IMG/VR virus record: IMGVR_UViG_3300042453_003699
Span: 1-64,000 of that record
Source: a virus
Length of the DNA: 64,000 nt
Reading direction: 5' to 3' (one strand)
Part shown: positions 26,905-37,759 of the stretch, piece by piece
Position numbering within the stretch: position 1 is the first letter of the stretch
Layout of the letters: each line of letters opens with the position of its first letter
The notes under the pieces: model-generated
Seen by the model: only the letters and a program-made list of their open reading frames with translations
Told to the model about the DNA's origin: nothing
The model's database searches: none
Translations under genes and position numbers: made by a program

Positions 26905-29900
26905 ATGTCAAATATCAGAATTTTAAGCGCACAGAACTTCTCCTCTTCTGATGACTCACGGCTGTCTCTGTCCTTGATCGGCAAATCTACGGTCAGCTTG
27001 TCTCCAAGCCGAAGTGTTTCTTCAGACGGAACGGTAAAAGTCTCAAGACTCAGCCTGAACAAAGTATCCAAGTTCCCAAGGGATATGTCCGAGAATTTCC
27101 TAAATCTTGAGACTCGCATCGACTTTCAAGAGGGCTTGATTTCTGGGGGTTATCAAATTGAGAAAAGTTTCAACTTCGTAATTCCTGATACAAACAAGGC
27201 AGTTTGTATTTCGATACAAATAGACGAAGACGATCGAATCAAGTTTGTCTATGGCAACGAAGACACCCTGACTAATTGCAGGACAGCGGCTAAGAACGCG
27301 GACACTTCAAATGGTTTAGTGAAATACGATTCCTCCTGCGCTCTCATCTGGATTGTTGTGGTAAACTCGATTGACGGGACCACTCTTGAAAACATCACCG
27401 ATCAAGACCTTTTTGACATGAGGGTTTTTACAAACACCTCTGATGTTTCAACAAAAAACCTTCAGCATAAAGACAATCAAGAGACCACAGGTCCAGTTCA
27501 TTTCATCTTGGAAGATGTCGCTTCAGGTGAAAACGACTTGTTGGTAGCGGGGTCTGTGTCTTTTGATACGGACGAAGTTTTTATTTTGAAGAGTCGTAAC
27601 AGCCAGACCTCAACTGTGATTGAAGGTAGTCTGATTGACCTCACTAATGGGTCGTACAGTGTTCGTCCGGTTTCAGAATCATCCTCCTCCAAGGCTCTGA
27701 GAAAGAGCAGTGGCGCGGATTGGGCTTTGGGTGTTGACTACAGTTATGGGAACAACCTCAAAACCGTTCCCGCAGTCGGCGATAAACTTTACGGCTCCAG
27801 TAGCGGGATCACCCTTTACAATGACTTCAACGGTCAGTCCGGCGGGTACGGAAGCCGAGAGTTATCTGAAATACTACCTGACCTACAGGTTTTTGCTCGG
27901 GATCTCAGCTCTTATGCTTCCTACACACCTTTGAATCGAGAGGTGGCGATCGACCCAGAAAGAGGAATTCTAAAGTTTGGGTCTGACCTCTACATGGGAG
28001 ACGGCAGAGACGGAAATCTAATTCTTTCTAGTCCTTCCATTTTCAACCTAAACGACCCTATCGGTGGAATCACCTACTGCCGTTCAAGGAAAGTGACCAA
28101 CAAGGTCAAAAAACTTGATCGGGTGATTGAATACTCAGGGGCAGACTTAGCCTTGAACTCAGGGGACATTGTTGTCATCTATACGGGTCAAGTATCTTCC
28201 CTTTCGTCGAGCGTGGGTAATTACAGCGTACTCAAGGTAGACTCCGCAACGGCGAATGAAATCACGGTCTCTGAAAATATATCTCACAACCAGATTGGAG
28301 CTTCCTTCGATTTTGATGGCGAGTCCGATTTGGTCTTTGTGATGACCGTGCCTCAGTTCAACAATGTTACGGTTTCCGCAGGGGCAACTCTTACCTGTAG
28401 TGCTTACTCAGACACAGACGGTTTTGGTATCCTGAGCTTTTTTGCTAAAGGAACCGTTCAAACCCAAGGAACTGGAATCATCTCAGCCGATGGTAAGGGC
28501 TACAGAGGTGGTACAGTTCATGGTGGGGCGGGAGAAGGCTACTTACTATCTAGTTGGAATCAAATCAGGTCTAACTCAACCGACACCGGAGGAGCAGGTG
28601 GAACTTTCGGTCTTGATGGGGTTGATGGGGAAGTAGGTGGTTCTGACGGTTCTGGGTCTTTCCAAGCGATTGCCGGAAACGGCGGGGGTTCCGGCGGAAA
28701 CGGCGGAGGCTCCGGCGGAGGAGGCGGTTACTCAGCTCTCGGTCAAACCGGAGGCTCAGGCGGTGTGGCAGGAGCCGGAGGAGGCGGAGGGGGAGCTACC
28801 TCTATTGCACCATCTCTTCCTTCAGGAACATCGTCTGACGGCGGACAAGGGGATTCAGGTTCAGGGTCATTCTCGGGCGCTAACGGTGGTGTTGGGGGAT
28901 TTGGATTTACCGCAGGTTATAGCGCATCTGGCGGATCAGGGGGCGGTCTAGCGAATGCTTCCTCGTTGGGCGGGTCTGGGGGTAATTCCGAAGGTTCCGT
29001 TGATGTTGTTTCGGCTTTGTTTGGAGGGGGAGGCGGAGCCGCTGGTAAAGGCGGCGACGGAGGAGACGGTGCTTCGGCAGGGGGAGTGTCAGATAGTTCG
29101 GCAGGGGCATCAGGAGGAGGCAACACGGCGGGCTCTGGATCTTCCGGCGTAAGCTCAGGCGGGAATGGCGGGGGCTTGGTCTTGATCTTTGCCGATACAA
29201 CTTCAAACCTTCGTGTTAGCTCGCGTGGATTATCAGGTCTTGCGGGCGCGGCGGGCATCTTGGGCGGTAGCGCAGGTAATGGAAGCGTCTCTGGGACGAT
29301 GTTTCCTCTAAGTGGATTAGGGGAAGGCGGACACGGCGCGGGTGGCTCGTCAGGAGCAGGGGGCGGTGGGGGCGGTGGCGCAGGAGGCACGATACTGCTT
29401 TTTGTTAGGGACTCGTCTTCTGTCAATTTCATAAATGCTACTGGAGCGTCGGGAGGCGCAGGGGGTAGTTTAGCCTCGTCTGCCTCCGCAGGTACAGGCG
29501 CTATCAACGGATTTGCTTCCGCAGGTGGCGGTGGCGCGGGAGGGGCGGGAACCGCAGGTTCCTCTGGAGGCTTGGGGGCGGACGGTCGCATCCGGCTCAA
29601 CTATTTTTGGTACTCGGGGGCATACCCATCCGCCGGATCTGGCGCTTCTGCGTGGTCTGTTTCAACCCCGACTGGATTTTTGGGCAAGATCAAACGGGTC
29701 GATGAAAGCAGATACATTCGGGCATCTTACAACTTCTACGACGAGAACACAGACTTTGACTCAAAGTCCGAAGTGTGTGCTTTTGATTCGTTAGCGACAG
29801 AAAATTACGGGGCTATCGTAGCTTCTCGCTTAACCTTGAAAGCCCCTCTCAAGCTATCCCACAGTCTTTCTGACGGAGCGTGTATCGTTAGGAAAAAACA

Positions 29901-30258
29901 ATCCATGCCCGTGGATCGCTTGTTGAACCGCTATCCAAACAGAATACTTTTTGACAGCGGTCTTCTCGCGGCGAGCGTAGGTACGCAGGTGAATGGTTTG
30001 AAGCACGGCGTAAAACTAAGTCCTTCCCAATACACTCCGCTTATCTATGTCTACCCTGCAACTTTTACCAACTATCTGGACTCTGCGCCGTTCTTCAATG
30101 ACCGATTTGTGAATGGTTCCGAAGTGGTGGGGGTCTACCTCGAAGTGGAAGAAACCACTTTGTCGTACACGATAGGTCATAGCGCAATATACTATTTGTT
30201 GGAAGAGAACATCAATCTTACCAATGGGTTCATCCGTATAATTTTTGTGAGGAACTGA
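26905..30258 (+). CDS. Glycine-rich fibre/adhesin-like virion protein (paralog 3)
   Basis: Same N- and C-terminal motifs ('SKFPR', 'LFDSG', 'GFIRII') with a Gly/Ser/Ala-rich insert of about 370 aa. Confidence 0.7.
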   Translation: MSNIRILSAQNFSSSDDSRLSLSLIGKSTVSLSPSRSVSSDGTVKVSRLSLNKVSKFPRDMSENFLNLETRIDFQEGLISGGYQIEKSFNFVIPDTNKAVCISIQIDEDDRIKFVYGNEDTLTNCRTAAKNADTSNGLVKYDSSCALIWIVVVNSIDGTTLENITDQDLFDMRVFTNTSDVSTKNLQHKDNQETTGPVHFILEDVASGENDLLVAGSVSFDTDEVFILKSRNSQTSTVIEGSLIDLTNGSYSVRPVSESSSSKALRKSSGADWALGVDYSYGNNLKTVPAVGDKLYGSSSGITLYNDFNGQSGGYGSRELSEILPDLQVFARDLSSYASYTPLNREVAIDPERGILKFGSDLYMGDGRDGNLILSSPSIFNLNDPIGGITYCRSRKVTNKVKKLDRVIEYSGADLALNSGDIVVIYTGQVSSLSSSVGNYSVLKVDSATANEITVSENISHNQIGASFDFDGESDLVFVMTVPQFNNVTVSAGATLTCSAYSDTDGFGILSFFAKGTVQTQGTGIISADGKGYRGGTVHGGAGEGYLLSSWNQIRSNSTDTGGAGGTFGLDGVDGEVGGSDGSGSFQAIAGNGGGSGGNGGGSGGGGGYSALGQTGGSGGVAGAGGGGGGATSIAPSLPSGTSSDGGQGDSGSGSFSGANGGVGGFGFTAGYSASGGSGGGLANASSLGGSGGNSEGSVDVVSALFGGGGGAAGKGGDGGDGASAGGVSDSSAGASGGGNTAGSGSSGVSSGGNGGGLVLIFADTTSNLRVSSRGLSGLAGAAGILGGSAGNGSVSGTMFPLSGLGEGGHGAGGSSGAGGGGGGGAGGTILLFVRDSSSVNFINATGASGGAGGSLASSASAGTGAINGFASAGGGGAGGAGTAGSSGGLGADGRIRLNYFWYSGAYPSAGSGASAWSVSTPTGFLGKIKRVDESRYIRASYNFYDENTDFDSKSEVCAFDSLATENYGAIVASRLTLKAPLKLSHSLSDGACIVRKKQSMPVDRLLNRYPNRILFDSGLLAASVGTQVNGLKHGVKLSPSQYTPLIYVYPATFTNYLDSAPFFNDRFVNGSEVVGVYLEVEETTLSYTIGHSAIYYLLEENINLTNGFIRIIFVRN

Positions 30259-30446
30259 TGTCCAACGAATGGAAAAAAGATCATCCTAAAATTCTGAACA
30301 AGCTGGAGGGGATACTCTTCCAAACCTCTTGGCTCATGGAGCAAGAGCTTAAAAAACAGGAAAAGAAACTCAAGCAGGTTAAGGCTGTTCTTGAACAGAG
30401 CTTGAAGAATGAGGCGGAATGTCGAGCACGAACTGGGAAGAAATAG
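30258..30446 (+). CDS. Small coiled-coil protein
   Basis: TGATG coupling with the upstream gene. Confidence 0.5.
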   Translation: MSNEWKKDHPKILNKLEGILFQTSWLMEQELKKQEKKLKQVKAVLEQSLKNEAECRARTGKK

Positions 30447-32890
30447 CAGGAGGATTCCTGTTTGGAAAAGTATTCTCTCCCCTTGAAAGCCTAGCGACAG
30501 GCATTCAAAAGATACTCGCGCCCATCAATACTATCCTTGGCGTTTTAAGGTCGATCCTAAAAATCATCCGAGTTTTCCTGATCGAGACCACTTCGATCAT
30601 CCTTGCTTTGATAAAAACGCTAGTCAAGCAGATCACGGATTTCATACGAAGCATAGCTAACGCGGGGATTTATTGGTTACTGATCGCCCCAGACAACACA
30701 AGCACCAAGTCGTTTTTTGAAACAGGTCGCGGTGGCTTTGACGGCTTTGTGAACAAGATCATCAACAGTTTGGATGACAGTGCTGATCCGCTTCGCCCCC
30801 AGTTTTCAGAAGCAGAAAAAGTCGGCGGTGTTGCTCTCGCTTTAAGCAGTGGGAACATCATGCAAGCGATGAATTTTCTCAGCCTAATTAGTCAGGCTTT
30901 TACAAGAACTTTCGACAAGATTTACCCTGCTCTGAGTATTACGGGGTTTTCTGGAAACAGCGCAAATGTGATTCAGTTCAAGCGCCCTTCTCTGCCCACG
31001 ACCTTCTTCACGAATGTTAAGTTCATATTGGAGAGGTCAACTCAATCAGGTGGTGAGGAGCAAGCCTTTGCCGCTCAAAGATCCGCTACGAATAATGTGG
31101 TGGGACAGGACTTGACCGAAACCCGAGTAGATGACCAAAGAAATAGTCAGACAATAGCAAAGTGGATCACGGTGAAAACCGTAGAGTATAACAATCAGCT
31201 TGTTGCGCCTGAGCAGATATTGTTTATTGACCAAAACACTTCAGGTCTTGCTCCCCACTTGGTGAAGTTTGATCTTAGTAAACAAGCTCAATCCCAAGCG
31301 TTTTTTACAAATGTGAGCACCGAGAGTCGCGGGGCTTTTATTTCATCTGTCAGAAATCTTGGCTCCCTTGGACCTAAGACCTTCGATATGTTCACCACGA
31401 ACATCGCCGGATTTCCTTTAGTTGCCCCCACACTTGCGACCATATCTCAAATAGAGACCACGATCCAACGATCGGCGATGTCAGACACATTCAAGTCGAA
31501 ACTTATGGGACAGGCGTATATTGACTTCAGGATCAATGGAGTCCCTATCCCCTTTAAGACAAAATACACGGGCTCCGACATATCTACAGCACCCGACTAC
31601 TATGTAACTGATGTCACAGACACTAGAATTACTTTGAACAAGCCCGTTCCTATTGGCTCCACGATTGAACTTTACACCTATGTAATGGCATCGTCAGCCG
31701 ACATATTGGTTTTGCGGGAATTCAACGCAGGTCACTCCGTCCGTATTCCCTTCACTGGGGTCAATCTTGGGGGCGGTTACACTTCGATAGAGCTAAACAG
31801 TAATACGGGGTCTGCCGACAAGCCGTTGCTACAAAACGGTCAGCCCTATTTTTACAGACTACGCATCGAAGCTAATGGGTTCACTAGAGACGGTATCAAC
31901 GGCGGTGTTTCAAACGAGATTAGACTCGTACCCAAGCAAGCGTTTGCTCCGAATCAGACTCCTGCCTTTTGCATGAGCGGTAAGCAGGGTCCGTTTATCA
32001 TCCAACCCGGCGAAAACATCCTTCATTTAGAATTATCGAACGGTAAGAAGTACGCGGTAAGCCTTCCCATTTCAAAAAGAAATGTGTTTGCTCAAACCTC
32101 TACAGAGTTCAACAACAACTTCGGTTTGATTATCAGTGACAAGTTCAGTGGAAGAGCGACTACAGCTCTTTTAAGTGACACTCTCGAAGCCGCCATCGAA
32201 AAGTCCAGAAGAGGGGTAAACGGTTTAACCTTCGATTATGTGGATGGTGCGGGCAATCGTGTGCTGATTCTACCCGGCGACTACATACCGATTGATATTG
32301 AAGAGGTGATCTCCGAGATACAAACCCAAATCGGCGACCCCTCCGTTCTAGTAAGGGCTCACAACGGCAGAGTTTTGATTCAAGACGCTTCCAACACGGC
32401 TTCGGGTAGTATGGTTAAATTTTTGAGAGACTGCCCGTCCCTTGGATTTAGCACTGGGATTTGCATGAATGTCATCAAGCCGACACCTCCTGACTGGGCT
32501 CGTGCGGCTGTAAAAGATTTATTCCCGCAGATCAATCAAGTCGCAGACCTAATTGATGCTTTTACCAACAATGTTCTTAGTTCCGCAGAATCGGCGGTAA
32601 AAGCCATCGTTGATTTTATCGACTTGTTGGACGCAAAGATAAAGTCGATTCAAGATTTCATCACAAGAATCAACTCCCTTTTGGATGTCGTCAAGAATCT
32701 CAAGCTAGAGCTACCAAATATGTACAAGTTGGAGATCCCTCTACAGAACGGTACGAGCGGTCTTCGCAGTTTCATTGAATCGGCTATTCGACCAACTTCT
32801 AGTTCTTCTGACTACACAGTAGGGATTGTTCTCGTTTCAGGGGGGAAGGGATCAGGAACCATTGTTCCGATCCTGCACGCGATTATATGA
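30419..32890 (+). CDS. Putative baseplate-associated structural protein
   Basis: Amphipathic helical N- and C-termini flank beta modules ('YFYRLR'); lies within the baseplate cluster. Confidence 0.5.
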   Translation: MSSTNWEEIAGGFLFGKVFSPLESLATGIQKILAPINTILGVLRSILKIIRVFLIETTSIILALIKTLVKQITDFIRSIANAGIYWLLIAPDNTSTKSFFETGRGGFDGFVNKIINSLDDSADPLRPQFSEAEKVGGVALALSSGNIMQAMNFLSLISQAFTRTFDKIYPALSITGFSGNSANVIQFKRPSLPTTFFTNVKFILERSTQSGGEEQAFAAQRSATNNVVGQDLTETRVDDQRNSQTIAKWITVKTVEYNNQLVAPEQILFIDQNTSGLAPHLVKFDLSKQAQSQAFFTNVSTESRGAFISSVRNLGSLGPKTFDMFTTNIAGFPLVAPTLATISQIETTIQRSAMSDTFKSKLMGQAYIDFRINGVPIPFKTKYTGSDISTAPDYYVTDVTDTRITLNKPVPIGSTIELYTYVMASSADILVLREFNAGHSVRIPFTGVNLGGGYTSIELNSNTGSADKPLLQNGQPYFYRLRIEANGFTRDGINGGVSNEIRLVPKQAFAPNQTPAFCMSGKQGPFIIQPGENILHLELSNGKKYAVSLPISKRNVFAQTSTEFNNNFGLIISDKFSGRATTALLSDTLEAAIEKSRRGVNGLTFDYVDGAGNRVLILPGDYIPIDIEEVISEIQTQIGDPSVLVRAHNGRVLIQDASNTASGSMVKFLRDCPSLGFSTGICMNVIKPTPPDWARAAVKDLFPQINQVADLIDAFTNNVLSSAESAVKAIVDFIDLLDAKIKSIQDFITRINSLLDVVKNLKLELPNMYKLEIPLQNGTSGLRSFIESAIRPTSSSSDYTVGIVLVSGGKGSGTIVPILHAII

Positions 32891-33348
32891 GCAGATTTAA
32901 TTTTCTAGGTCACCCCACAAAAGATCAGATTGACGACTTGATGGAGTATTTGGATGTCAAATACAAGCTCATCGGTCAGCAAAAAGAGGCGCTTCAACAC
33001 GAACTCAACAATCTTCAAGCCGTTTTAGGAAAACTCCTAAAAGCGGAAGCGAAACTGGCATCTCAGACCAACAAGAAACCTGCTCATTTTGCTCTTGTCT
33101 CCTACATCAAAGCCCCTGTCATAAATGAGGACAAGACTTACTTTGATACCCACCGATACGCCTCAATCGAGACGGGTGCGGTCGTAGACTCTTTGCTGAG
33201 ACCTTGGGTGGACCATGTGAAAAGAGATCAGGAAGACCTCGACTACAAGATACGAAAGGTTAAGTATTTGATCGAGCAGAGAAGCCAACAGATTCAAATA
33301 CTGACTCAACTAGAAAGCGAGCTTAGGGACAAAGATGCAAACGAGTAA
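32887..33348 (+). CDS. Coiled-coil hypothetical protein
   Basis: ATGA overlap; heptad pattern. Confidence 0.55.
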   Translation: MSRFNFLGHPTKDQIDDLMEYLDVKYKLIGQQKEALQHELNNLQAVLGKLLKAEAKLASQTNKKPAHFALVSYIKAPVINEDKTYFDTHRYASIETGAVVDSLLRPWVDHVKRDQEDLDYKIRKVKYLIEQRSQQIQILTQLESELRDKDANE

Positions 33349-33877
33349 GTTACAAGAAGTCCTTATCGCTATGGCGGACAACCTACGAGGTTATCCGAAC
33401 ATCAATCGCGAGGCATTTACCACGCTTGAGCGAGAGCTTCAGCAATCTTGGAACTACACTTATGGGCTAAAGTCGGTCTACTCTGATCGCAATTATGTGT
33501 TCAATGGGTGGGGTTCAGCTCCAGATGGTCTAGTAGTGGAACTTGTCGTTTTAGCTGTTCATGGAACGATGCTTTCCTCGACCGTAAAAAATGACGGACC
33601 ACAATCCAAAAATGAAATCATACTCTTGAATAAATCTTGGGTTCCGCCAGAGGCGAATGATCTCCAAAACACATCTAAAACCATTACGATGACGCTGAAC
33701 ACTCAAAAGAACCGTAACAAAAAGGTGACGATGAATAAGGATACTTTCATCCGAGCGCCGGGCGTTTTCATCGTCAATGAGCCTTTGATAGAGGAGATTA
33801 CGGATATTTGGCAGGGCATCACCAATCCAATAAGTAGCTCACCAATTTTAACCTATAAGTACGAGAAGAAAAAATGA
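33335..33877 (+). CDS. Hypothetical (structural cluster) protein
   Basis: Overlapping ORF in the operon. Confidence 0.55.
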   Translation: MQTSKLQEVLIAMADNLRGYPNINREAFTTLERELQQSWNYTYGLKSVYSDRNYVFNGWGSAPDGLVVELVVLAVHGTMLSSTVKNDGPQSKNEIILLNKSWVPPEANDLQNTSKTITMTLNTQKNRNKKVTMNKDTFIRAPGVFIVNEPLIEEITDIWQGITNPISSSPILTYKYEKKK

Positions 33878-34641
33878 GTACAGAGGTTAAGATTGAGACA
33901 TTATGTGACCACAAGATCGTTGAGGATCTAGCGTTCCTTGAAGCGGATCGTAGAACTATATCTATTCCTAGAAGAGTAGCTGTAAGCAAAAGTCTGAAAC
34001 TGAAGAGAAACGGATTCTTGATTTCACCCGATAGTCCCGAGTTTGGGTTCATCGTGGAAGAGTTAGAGCCGGGCATCAAGAAAGTCCTCTTCAAGAAACC
34101 GTTGAAGTCTCAAGACGACTTCTTTGAATTGACCTACATCACTGTGGCGGAGGATTGCCCCAAGTGTGACGGAACTTCATTCCATTTTGATTTTGCGATT
34201 GATGAGCTTGGGCGTGCGGTTGTCATCCAAGGTGAAGAAAAACTAACACAGGATGTCGTCAAAGGGACTTTAACGATCAAGGGAACAAACCCCTATCACC
34301 CTTGGTACGGCACGATCTTGAACACCCTAATAGGATCAAAGATTGCGGACTTCGAGAAGCTAAAGCTCCTTATCTCCCAAGACATTCAAGAATTGTTTAG
34401 TAATATCAAGGATTTACAGATACAACAATCCGAAGTTCAGGAGATTGCCGACAAGGAACGAATCGAACAGCTTATCTCGATTCAGAGCGCCCGCCCAGAC
34501 CCCTCGAACCCATCCCTCGTTACTGTTTCGATAACTTACAGGAATAGGGCAGGAAACATCCGAGAAATCCAACGCGTACTCGACAGAAATACGGCGAGGG
34601 TGTTCGGGACTGCCCAAGATCGCCTGAAGGGTTACAAGTGA
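33874..34641 (+). CDS. Baseplate wedge protein, gp25/gpW-like
   Basis: 'EEKLTQDVVK..LT.KG.NPYHPWYGT.L..LIG'; directly precedes the baseplate J gene. Confidence 0.75.
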   Translation: MSTEVKIETLCDHKIVEDLAFLEADRRTISIPRRVAVSKSLKLKRNGFLISPDSPEFGFIVEELEPGIKKVLFKKPLKSQDDFFELTYITVAEDCPKCDGTSFHFDFAIDELGRAVVIQGEEKLTQDVVKGTLTIKGTNPYHPWYGTILNTLIGSKIADFEKLKLLISQDIQELFSNIKDLQIQQSEVQEIADKERIEQLISIQSARPDPSNPSLVTVSITYRNRAGNIREIQRVLDRNTARVFGTAQDRLKGYK

Positions 34642-34642
34642 T

Positions 34643-37600
34643 ATGTCAGTAAGTGCTCCTCAAATCCTTTTTCCGACCTCTGAGCCAGCGTTCAGTACGA
34701 ACCTGTCTCATATCTATTTGAGTGGCATATCCGAGATCGGCGTTAGTTCTATTCTTGTAAATGGGGTCACTGCCGGAACAACGGTAGATCCAAGTGGCAA
34801 CTGGTCTTGGAGTGGAACTCTAAGGGCGGGAGAGAACATCTTTGTCGTTCAGTCAGTAAAAGACAATGATTTATCGACCTCGGATCAGGTTTCCATCATT
34901 TATGATGCAGGTCTCGACACAACACAACTTGTGGATCTGCCCACAGGAATACGGATTCGACAAGGCAGAAACAACATCACTCTTGCAGTGCCCCTTCTAA
35001 CGGACTCTAGCTTCGTTGGTTTCAATTTTTACGGTTCTGAAAATGTAGGCGGGGGTTCAACAGGATACACCCTGTTGAATACTGCCCCTATCAGCAATGT
35101 TGTGTTTTTTGAGGATCAGAGAACGCAACTCAGTAAGGTGGTTACTAAATCGGGTTCCCAAGAAACTACAACCGTAGTTGAGAATGTAGAGAGGATCAAC
35201 TTTACTCAGTTCGTACATGATCGCCTAAACCAACCTCTCGGCAACTCGCCCATAACTGAAAAAAACCATTATGTGGTCTCTGCGGTCATCTTCGACCCTT
35301 TCAACAAGGTCTTGATTGAATCGGGTTACAGTGAAGAACTATCCGGCGTTCCAATCGTTATTGATACTCGATTGAAAGAGATCGACCAAAGGACTGAACA
35401 AGATTTCCGACTTTCCTTGATCGACCAGATGTTACAGGCAAACGAGGGGCTAGACCTGAAGCCCGGTCAAGTCTTGCGAGATGTGGTCATCGACCCTGCT
35501 TCAAGCCTTTTTGCCAGAATGTTTACCATTCTGAGATTTATCAACACCTCCCAGTCTTTCCCGACCCTTTTGGCTTTCGATGACGCGGACGGGGACAGTG
35601 TTTCAGACCCCGTTTTGACAAGTGCGGAAAAGAACTCCCTTCGTCTCGCTCTTTTGGTTCCTGAAGACAGCGCAGACCTAGTTCAACAACTTATCGACTC
35701 TGCTTTTGACAAGCTCGCAGGTAATGTCAACAAGACGAGGTTACCTGCTCGCGAGTCTGTCGGAGAGATCACTGTTTATACTAAGAAAAGACCCGACAAA
35801 GATGCTGTCGTTCAAGCGGGGGCAATCGTAGAGACCTTGGCTGACCAGACCAATAACACCCCTTCTGTAAGATTCGAGTGTCTGTCTGGGTTTGTTCTCC
35901 GCGTGGCTGACCTTGAAAACTATTTCAACGCAACAAACAACAGATACGAGTTCAAGATTCCTATAAGAGCTTCCGTGGCGGGAACCATTGGAAATGTGGA
36001 GGCGGGTAAAATCGTTTCTCCTGCTTCGGGCTTTGACCCAGTTTTTGCGGTTGTCAATGATTTCGCAACCGCGTTTGGTGAAGACCTTGAGTCAAACTCA
36101 AGCCTTGCTCAACGAGCTTTGCTTGCGTTCATGTCAGTGGATTCTGGAACCGAGGCGGGTTACTTCTCAAATACCGTTGCAGTGAAGGGCGTTACAAGGG
36201 CTAAGATTGTATCCGCAAACGCGCCCCTGATGCAAAGAGACTTGGACCCAATCCGAGAAATACACTCCTTCGGAAAAGTGGACATTTATGTTCAGGGTAA
36301 ATCAAATCGTCAGGTGTCAGAGACCTTTGGTTTTGCCTACAAGAAGGTTCTCAACGAAAGGTTCTACATTCAGAACAGAAACTTCATGAGGTTTAACACC
36401 ATCAACCCTTTGGTTGATGAAGTACACCCTATTTTCAAGCTCATAGAAGTTAGGAATGTGAGCCGAAACTTGGTCTATGACCTGACGAATGCTGTTATTA
36501 CCAACGACGGGAATGTCATCGACCTTGACGAGACTATTCTGGCAAACCAACTGATCGGGTTGGGTATCAACGACATCATTAGGGTCAGCTATGTTTATCG
36601 TAGGTCTGACAATATCAAGCTAAACTTTCAGCCCGTTGAGCGGATCATCTCCGTCTCCGGCTCCAAGTCTGGAGACTTAACCGAAGATAACTTCCAGCTC
36701 TATCGAAAAGACGACCCCCTTCTTTTGGGGCGCTCCACTTCTGCTACTGACGAAGTTCAGTTCACCTTCGCAAATGGAGTTCCGAATGCAGAAATGGAAG
36801 TAGTGACAAACGAGAACATCGTCCTTATTGGGACTCAGGCTCAGGCGCTTTCAAATGTCGGGGTGGACTTATCGACGCTGTATGTAACGGACACAGACGC
36901 TAACCCTTATGTAGTGAATGTGGACTACGAGATCATACCCGGTGATGCCAAGACCCAAACCTCCATCGCAAGGACCGAAGACTCCTCGATTCCTTCAGGC
37001 TCCGTTGTCTATGTTTCTTACGAGTCCGGCGAGTTGATGACCGTCAACTATGAAATCAACGATATTTTGACAACTGTTCAGGACAAGATCGACGAAATGA
37101 AGCATCTTACCGCAGATGTTGTCGTCAAGTCCGCGCAACCCACTTTAATTGACCTAGATTTCACCGTTTCTCTTGATTCCGGTGCTGACCCAGTAACAGT
37201 TGACCGGAACATCCGAACAGCTCTAACCAACTTCCTGTCCAGTGCGAAGTTAGGTCAGAGCATCTATCAGTCCGACATTATTTCGGTCGTAGAGAGTGTT
37301 ATCGGTGTTAGGTTTGTCGTTGTACCTCTTTCCAAGATGGTTAAGAGTTCTGGAGTTCAGGTAATTCGTGAAGTTCTCGCCAATCCGCAGTTTTTTCTTT
37401 ACCAGACTGGATCTGTCAGTGCTTACAGAAGCATCGAGAAACTCAACTCGAACACGACTGATCGAGGCGGACCTGATTATGAGTTCAAGGGGGTCTTTGA
37501 AAACGATTTCCTTTTAGAGATGCAAGTTAGCGACACCACGGTTTCCGGCGGATCAGGAAGAGCCTATATTTCCGAAAATGGAACTCTGATCGTATCTCCA

Positions 37601-37759
37601 AGAAAAGGCGGAGACCCCAACGGATCAAAATGGTCTGTGACCTATGTGGTTGGCACTGAAACAGGAGCCAAGGACATTATCATTTCTCAGATCGAGTATG
37701 TCCAGATCAAGTCGCTGTCCATCACTTACGCAAACACTGGGCAGGTGTTTAGCTCATGA
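34643..37759 (+). CDS. Baseplate J-like wedge protein (gp6-like)
   Basis: 'DLKPGQVLRD', 'GTIGNV.AG.I', 'G.D.ESN..L..R', 'GKVDIYV', 'LGQSIYQSDII..V..V.GV'. Confidence 0.88.
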   Translation: MSVSAPQILFPTSEPAFSTNLSHIYLSGISEIGVSSILVNGVTAGTTVDPSGNWSWSGTLRAGENIFVVQSVKDNDLSTSDQVSIIYDAGLDTTQLVDLPTGIRIRQGRNNITLAVPLLTDSSFVGFNFYGSENVGGGSTGYTLLNTAPISNVVFFEDQRTQLSKVVTKSGSQETTTVVENVERINFTQFVHDRLNQPLGNSPITEKNHYVVSAVIFDPFNKVLIESGYSEELSGVPIVIDTRLKEIDQRTEQDFRLSLIDQMLQANEGLDLKPGQVLRDVVIDPASSLFARMFTILRFINTSQSFPTLLAFDDADGDSVSDPVLTSAEKNSLRLALLVPEDSADLVQQLIDSAFDKLAGNVNKTRLPARESVGEITVYTKKRPDKDAVVQAGAIVETLADQTNNTPSVRFECLSGFVLRVADLENYFNATNNRYEFKIPIRASVAGTIGNVEAGKIVSPASGFDPVFAVVNDFATAFGEDLESNSSLAQRALLAFMSVDSGTEAGYFSNTVAVKGVTRAKIVSANAPLMQRDLDPIREIHSFGKVDIYVQGKSNRQVSETFGFAYKKVLNERFYIQNRNFMRFNTINPLVDEVHPIFKLIEVRNVSRNLVYDLTNAVITNDGNVIDLDETILANQLIGLGINDIIRVSYVYRRSDNIKLNFQPVERIISVSGSKSGDLTEDNFQLYRKDDPLLLGRSTSATDEVQFTFANGVPNAEMEVVTNENIVLIGTQAQALSNVGVDLSTLYVTDTDANPYVVNVDYEIIPGDAKTQTSIARTEDSSIPSGSVVYVSYESGELMTVNYEINDILTTVQDKIDEMKHLTADVVVKSAQPTLIDLDFTVSLDSGADPVTVDRNIRTALTNFLSSAKLGQSIYQSDIISVVESVIGVRFVVVPLSKMVKSSGVQVIREVLANPQFFLYQTGSVSAYRSIEKLNSNTTDRGGPDYEFKGVFENDFLLEMQVSDTTVSGGSGRAYISENGTLIVSPRKGGDPNGSKWSVTYVVGTETGAKDIIISQIEYVQIKSLSITYANTGQVFSS

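Noticed and set aside
28917-29600. Pro-rich 227-aa minus-strand ORF
   Set aside because: It is the antisense shadow of the GGN-rich glycine region of 26905-30258.
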